Shown piece after piece: positions 58,821-64,000 of a stretch of 64,000 bases of DNA; the stretch's first letter is position 1; the number at the start of each line of letters is the position of its first letter. The translations under genes and the position numbers were made by a program. The DNA comes from a virus, in IMG/VR virus record IMGVR_UViG_3300037827_000551, positions 19,519 to 83,518 of that record; one strand, given 5' to 3'. The notes beneath the pieces are model-generated. The model searched no databases. It was not told the DNA's origin and saw only the letters and a list, made by a program, of their open reading frames with translations.

Positions 58821-59322
58821 GATGTATTACGTATGGTCAATAGTCGATGACTATACCGACACGGTCCACCTGGAAGGATATCGCTCGCGCATGAGCGCGG
58901 CGTTCGCGTTGGCCCGCAAGCGCTTTCGGGAATACAGAGGCAAAGTCGGCATCCGGGTCACTCTAATCGATGGATCGATTGTCGCCGATGATGTGTCGGA
59001 TTTTACAATGCGCCGCCAGGCAAGCTCGACACCATCCCCCCACCAAGCCGCCGGCGCCCCACGTTGTGCCGACCGACGATGACCATGAACCCGCGTTTTG
59101 ACCAGGAGGAGGCCGTGCGAACCAAGAAACCCAAGAGATGCCTTCGATGCGGAGTACCCGCCCAAGTGATCGGGGAGCGGTTAGCGATGATCGGCCCCGA
59201 CAAGTTCGCGATCGTGTTTTGTTCGATCGACTGCGCTGCCGAATGGGCATTATGCGAAGTGCAAAATCGACGTCGAGCTATGCGACGTGACCGAGAGTTG
59301 AACCAACCAAAGGAGGTGTACC

Positions 59323-59727
59323 GTGCCGATTACTGAGGGAAAGTGGGCGATCGACCCACCAACATGTGCGAGAGACCAGGGTCTCATCACTATCTCGGCA
59401 GTGGACGAAAAAGGCAAGACGTACACCGACGTCTGCATGGTGTTCGCTGATTCGTTCGCAGACAACCCTGATGAGGCTGACGCCAACGCCCGTGCCATCG
59501 CCGCGTTGCCGATGCTCTTGGCCGCGTGCCAGATGCATGAACTTTACGAGCGTTGGTATGAATCTAACCTTTCCAGTCCCAAAGAATCCGAAAACTTGCG
59601 GGAACTCACAGAATTATTGATAGCGCATGGATATGTCGTTGGCGGTGACAAACACCGGTGCGATTTCATTACTGACTTCCGCCGTGACGTCATCGCTGCC
59701 GCAACCGGGCAGGAGGTGGCATCGTGA
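59323..59727 (+). CDS. phage protein (T.G.W...ANAR.IAA.P.LL.A family)
   Basis: motif; AAGGAGG SD. Confidence 0.7.
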   Translation: MPITEGKWAIDPPTCARDQGLITISAVDEKGKTYTDVCMVFADSFADNPDEADANARAIAALPMLLAACQMHELYERWYESNLSSPKESENLRELTELLIAHGYVVGGDKHRCDFITDFRRDVIAAATGQEVAS

Positions 59728-60053
59728 CACTGGACGAGATGGTCGACGCACTCAATGTGGCTAAAGAAGCGTGCCAAAACCACGGGTGGCACGCCTCGGC
59801 CGAAAGGCTCGATCTGATTGCCGCCCGACTTCGCGAGACGGCGAATCACGAGGCATTGGCCGAGACTGTCCGCGACAAAGTCTTGTGGATCGATGATCTC
59901 CTCGAATCAGTCGAAAGTCGCACTGTTTACGACGCCAAGGGAAATCCTTCCAACGGATTTGGATTTGCTGCCGCTCCCGACTGGGAGCTTCGCCAGAAGC
60001 GCGACGACCTGACCGAAGCTCTCGCCGCAACCGGGCAGGAGGTGACGAAGTGA
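59724..60053 (+). CDS. hypothetical protein, modular paralog
   Basis: shares RLRETANHEA and ALAATGQEV blocks with its neighbours. Confidence 0.65.
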   Translation: MTLDEMVDALNVAKEACQNHGWHASAERLDLIAARLRETANHEALAETVRDKVLWIDDLLESVESRTVYDAKGNPSNGFGFAAAPDWELRQKRDDLTEALAATGQEVTK

Positions 60054-60475
60054 CAGCCGAGCAAATTGAGGCAATGATCGCCGACGTTCGCAAGATTGCC
60101 GAAGGGATCGAAGGAAATTTCCCCGAATGCGCCAGGGTTCTCGACGTCGTAACTGATCGCCTTCGCGAGACGGCGAATCACGAGGCTTGCGTGCGTGCCC
60201 TACACGCTTTCTGGGAATCATGTTTTGGCGACGACGACGAGCGGATCGTCGCCGACAACATGGTAATTCACGCTTTGAGGGCCGAGGAAGCTCTCGCCGC
60301 AACGCAACCCCCAGCCGAGGAGCAACCGAGCCGCATTAAACGCGAATTAGCCGTCGCACTCAAACTCTATGCCAAAGCTCGCAAGATCACCATTGACGAA
60401 GCCACCGAGAACGTACGTGACGCCGTTGATATCAACACAACCGAGGAAACCGATGGGAAAAGTCACGTGGATTGA
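60050..60475 (+). CDS. hypothetical protein, modular paralog
   Basis: shares RLRETANHEA and EALAAT blocks. Confidence 0.65.
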   Translation: MTAEQIEAMIADVRKIAEGIEGNFPECARVLDVVTDRLRETANHEACVRALHAFWESCFGDDDERIVADNMVIHALRAEEALAATQPPAEEQPSRIKRELAVALKLYAKARKITIDEATENVRDAVDINTTEETDGKSHVD

Positions 60476-60784
60476 GTGTCCCCATTGCGGTGGGACCGGC
60501 ATTGAAACTGACGATGACGACAACGACGTCGACTGCATCGCATGCGATGGCAAGGGTGTGGTCGTTGAGTCCGAAGAACCCGACGAACCAACCGAGGAGC
60601 AACCGCAGTGATCGTCTTGAAGTTTAAAGATCTCGACGAGATTCAATTGCGATTATGGCTAATCATGAAAGGCCATGATCCAAACTCGATCGATCCCGCG
60701 TTCGCCACGACCGACGTGATTGAGCTCTTGGTTTCCGACATCCGGAAACTGAGAGACAAGCAGACCCCGAAAGGAGAGTGATCC

Positions 60785-61120
60785 TTGAGCCGTACCGCAT
60801 TCAATCTCAAATCGATGTCAGTCTTAGATGATGGCAAGACCGCAATCGCCGTCGGGAAACATCTCGAACGGGCCGCTCGTGACTGTTACGACCGGCCTAC
60901 CGACTTCAAACCGCGCGTCGTCATTCTCCAGATCGAGGTCACCCCGATCGAGAACGATGACCAAAACGTGATGGTGCAGTGCTTCGCGTCCTCGAAAGTC
61001 CCCCCTCATCGGAGCCGGACTGTCGAGATGCGGGTCCATGGTAACGGCCAGTTGCTGTTCAACCCGGACAGCCTTGACAACGTCGACCAAGAAACCATGT
61101 TTGGAGATAACGAGCCATGA
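60785..61120 (+). CDS. YfdP-like phage protein
   Basis: DC.DRP.D.K.R.V.L; paired with the next gene. Confidence 0.6.
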   Translation: MSRTAFNLKSMSVLDDGKTAIAVGKHLERAARDCYDRPTDFKPRVVILQIEVTPIENDDQNVMVQCFASSKVPPHRSRTVEMRVHGNGQLLFNPDSLDNVDQETMFGDNEP

Positions 61121-61878
61121 TCAAGGAAGCATTGGAATTTCTGGCGAGCCAGGCGCGACTTGCGGCTGATGTCAATGTACTCGACAACATCAAAGACCCG
61201 CGCGCCGCTCACATGAGCGATTCTTACGGCAAGCCGTTCACGGTAGCGCAGCCCAAGCCGCCCCGCAAACACGTGATCGAATCGCTGGTCGATCTGATCC
61301 AGCTCGCGAACCGATTCGCGCAGAACTGCGAGGTCGTGACCTGGTACAACGAATCATGTGTCACTGTTGTACTGGACGACGACGGCCACCGGATCGAACG
61401 AGCGACTTTCACGTTGAACGAATCCGAGCTGTTCCAGAGGGTCCGCGAACTCAAGAAACAGCGATTCGACATCAAGGCATTCGTGCGACTTCTAAAGGTT
61501 GAACTGGTTGGCACACTCGATCCGCACATGCTGTTGAATATCGTGCGTTCCCTGAAATTCGAGAACGGCATCGTGGTCAAGGCCAAGCTCGACCGACAAT
61601 CCGAATCCATGGGTCGCGAGATCGTTTCGGCGGTGTCAGGCGATAAGGACATTCCCGAGTTTGCGACGCTTCAACTCCCGGTCTACCGCAACCTCGGCGA
61701 ACGAGAGCGATTCGCACTGATCTGCTCTGTCGAGGTCGATCCCTCCGAGGGTCGCTTTGCACTGATCCCGTTCCCAGACGAGATCGAGCGCGTTCAGCAA
61801 ATGGCCGTTCAATCGATTCATGCTCGGCTGGAGGGGGGGCTTCTCGATACCGCTCCCTGTTACTACGGCAGTCCATAA
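61117..61878 (+). CDS. YfdQ / DUF2303-like phage protein
   Basis: MIKEAL.FL, SL.DLI, F...L, IPE...L..PVY. Confidence 0.6.
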   Translation: MIKEALEFLASQARLAADVNVLDNIKDPRAAHMSDSYGKPFTVAQPKPPRKHVIESLVDLIQLANRFAQNCEVVTWYNESCVTVVLDDDGHRIERATFTLNESELFQRVRELKKQRFDIKAFVRLLKVELVGTLDPHMLLNIVRSLKFENGIVVKAKLDRQSESMGREIVSAVSGDKDIPEFATLQLPVYRNLGERERFALICSVEVDPSEGRFALIPFPDEIERVQQMAVQSIHARLEGGLLDTAPCYYGSP

Positions 61879-62337
61879 CCAAACCAACCGTCGGCCCGCT
61901 CAGTTGGCCTGGACTGATCAAAGGAGATAAACATGGGGTGGATCAGAATACTCGTATGTGATGGGTGTTTCGAGAGAATCGAGCCAGAGCCGTCCGGACG
62001 AGTGTCGTCCACCGACACGGCGTGCGACCAAGATGCGATCCACTACGCGAAGAGCCGAAAATGGACCAAATCGGGCAAGCGCAAAGACCGCAAATATTAT
62101 TGCCCGACTTGCACGCGAATCCTTCGCGACAAAGGTATTCCAGAAGCCAAACCAACCGCCGGCCGCTCAACCGGCTTGGACTGATCGTGGATAACCCATG
62201 ATCGGTTAAGCAAACGAGCAAGTGAGGTTCCTTGGTTCCGTCGATATCATTTCAGGGTTTGTGTAAGTCAGTACCACAACCTCTGGCCATGCCGTCGAAC
62301 AGCATGGCCAGAGGTTTACCAAGAGAGAGGTGAGGAG

Positions 62338-63000
62338 ATGGAGTGGAGCGAAAACGTTCGTGCATTGCTTAAAGGCACAGATTTATGCGGGTTCTGTCGT
62401 GATTCGGCCAAAGAATGGGCCAAATCCGCCCTGGCCGAGATTGACCGGCTGCAAGGCGAATTCACAAAGGCGGCTACGAATCGTGACAACTGGGCGAGAA
62501 CGGCGGAACTCAATAGAGCCGACGTCGAACGGCTGAAGATCGAGAACGCGATGCTTCGGGAGGATCAGAATCGATGGGAGAATCGAATCGATGATCTCAG
62601 GGACCAACTCGCCGCCCGAGAACAGCATGGCCAGAGTGGTTTAACACAAGAGAGAGGTGAGGCGACGGAGTGGAGTCAAGATAGATGCGAACTGGAATCA
62701 TGCCTCAAAGCAGGAGCATTTTCGGCCACCAGAGGCGCGATGATTTGGAGTGCTCTGGCCGAGATCGACCGGTTGACGAAAGTTGGCAACGGGCTGCTGG
62801 GTTCCTACCGTGCGATGGAGTCGGAACTCGCCTCGCTCAAGGATCAACTCGCCGCCCGCGACGCGTTGTCGCGGGCGATCGCCAGCCTGATTGAACGGGT
62901 GACAAGCCTGGAGAAAAACACTGACGAGCACGAAAGTCTGATCGACGACCTTGATAATTTACTGAGCAAGATCAGGGATGTTTTAAACAAGGAGTCCTGA
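62338..63000 (+). CDS. coiled-coil protein built from a tandem duplication
   Basis: EWS...L...SALAEIDRL...L.DQLAAR occurs twice. Confidence 0.65.
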   Translation: MEWSENVRALLKGTDLCGFCRDSAKEWAKSALAEIDRLQGEFTKAATNRDNWARTAELNRADVERLKIENAMLREDQNRWENRIDDLRDQLAAREQHGQSGLTQERGEATEWSQDRCELESCLKAGAFSATRGAMIWSALAEIDRLTKVGNGLLGSYRAMESELASLKDQLAARDALSRAIASLIERVTSLEKNTDEHESLIDDLDNLLSKIRDVLNKES

Positions 63001-63001
63001 C

Positions 63002-63178
63002 ATGTTGGTACTTTCACGCCACGTCTGCGAAAAGATCATGATCGGCGACGACATCGTGATTGAGGTTATTTCCATTCGCGGTGACAAGGTGCGTTTGGGA
63101 TTTACCGCACCCATTGAGATCCCGGTTGATCGCGAAGAGATCCGCGATGCCAAACTCAGAGACGGGAGCTTAAGATGA
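63002..63178 (+). CDS. csrA: carbon storage regulator CsrA/RsmA homolog (58 aa; absent from the ORF track)
   Basis: MLVLSRHVCEKIMIGDDIVIEVISIRGDKVRLGFTAPIEIPVDREEI with the RNA-binding R44 retained; AAGGAG SD. Confidence 0.92.
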   Translation: MLVLSRHVCEKIMIGDDIVIEVISIRGDKVRLGFTAPIEIPVDREEIRDAKLRDGSLR

Positions 63179-63291
63179 CCAACACCGAGTTCGTCGACAT
63201 CCTGCTCTGGAACCGGAATGTCGGATCAGCCGCGAGGACGAAGCGGGAAGCGACGCGAACCTTCTTGTTGCTCCAAAATAATTCCCCGAAC

Positions 63292-63324
63292 TGTCTTGAC
63301 ACGTCTAGACACTTTCCGTATGTT
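63292..63324 (+). promoter_or_regulatory. promoter with the same tandem operator as 45597
   Basis: TGTCTTGACA+CGTCTAGACA; TTGACA-N17-TATGTT. Confidence 0.8.
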
Positions 63325-63592
63325 TTGGGTGCTGGATGTGACTGAGACCTAAGTGGAAAGCAAGAGAAAAGCCATGGTGAGCAACACAGAATCACGCGAG
63401 GCAACGGTTGACAATTCGCCCAGGTGGATTTGCCGATGGAAAATCAAGTTGACCGGAATGTGCGGGCAGGGGCCGCCGGCAACCAAAGAACATGCCCAAG
63501 CCCTAGCCGACTATGGAAACGCCAGGTCTCATGGTACTACATATTGGATCGAACCTGTTTTTACACCAGACCCCCAACCCGGAGACTAAGCC

Positions 63593-64000
63593 ATGTCCAA
63601 AGTTCAAATTATGCCTGATCGCCTCGAAAGATTTTCGTCTGTCCGCCTTCGCAAGGGGAAGGGCGAAGGCGGGAATGGTCACATCGATGTCTGCGCCATG
63701 CAGGCCGCCGACTGGCTCGCTGGTGGAGATGGGAAAACCGACGCTCCTGAATGCGTATGCCCTGTAATCGGGGTATACGTAACTCAGCTCAACGACTCGG
63801 AATTTTTCGCGAATCACCGCGATGACTTGAAGCCGTTTATTCCGAGGATCATCGGGACGAGGGGCGACCTGGCGTCCGTGGTTGCAAGAGCGGAAATTGC
63901 GGCCAAGCATGTTGCCCAGTACGCCGCCAAGTGTGCCGAGTCCGCCGCCGAGTACGCCGCCGAGTCCGCCACCAAGTGTGCCAAGTACGCCGCCGAGTCC
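63593..64000 (+). CDS. Ala-rich repeat protein (runs off the window end)
   Basis: MSKVQ...CAMQAADWLAGGDGKTDAPECVCPVIG...A(A/T)(E/K)(Y/S/C) repeats. Confidence 0.8.
   Translation, partial: MSKVQIMPDRLERFSSVRLRKGKGEGGNGHIDVCAMQAADWLAGGDGKTDAPECVCPVIGVYVTQLNDSEFFANHRDDLKPFIPRIIGTRGDLASVVARAEIAAKHVAQYAAKCAESAAEYAAESATKCAKYAAES

Noticed and set aside
1-64000. tRNA/rRNA genes, IS elements, alternative genetic code
   Set aside because: No cloverleaf, rRNA or transposase signatures seen by eye; the core genes are intact in code 11

Overview
The window is 64 kb of a tailed dsDNA phage with siphovirus-type morphogenesis genes and an HK97-fold head. The host is most likely a planctomycete, inferred from a DUF1580-like HTH, a CsrA, a PEP-CTERM protein and Cys-rich tail-tip proteins. 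Layout: (1) small genes and an HNH nuclease at 0-1.6 kb; (2) a ~6.3-kb leftward cassette of small, often acidic genes with a shared repeated leader, bracketed by ATGCAT-rich repeats (1.6-8.6 kb); (3) a cos-like site, terS, an HTH replication-initiator-like gene with internal iterons, terL, portal, an HslV-like peptidase, prohead protease and major capsid (8.6-21 kb); (4) a neck/tail module with a glycosyltransferase-methyltransferase fusion, a 2378-aa glycoside-hydrolase-like protein, duplicated tail terminators, tail tube, a -1 frameshifted chaperone, a short tape measure and fibres (22.8-42.9 kb); (5) a short leftward block (43-45.3 kb); (6) a rightward early/middle arm with an RHH regulator and repeated operators, YqaJ plus a single-strand annealing protein, ParB-like genes, a replication initiator with iterons, NADAR, DUF4031, DHFR, a YfdP/YfdQ-like pair and CsrA (45.4-64 kb). 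I recognised no integrase, lysis cassette, tRNA, reverse transcriptase or cas gene. All family calls come from motif recognition by eye, not database searches. The most notable leads are a phage CsrA with GGA-periodic leaders, a possible virion glyco-modification plus depolymerase neck module, a terminal leading-region cassette, and a 38-bp self-derived insert flanked by 37-bp direct repeats.
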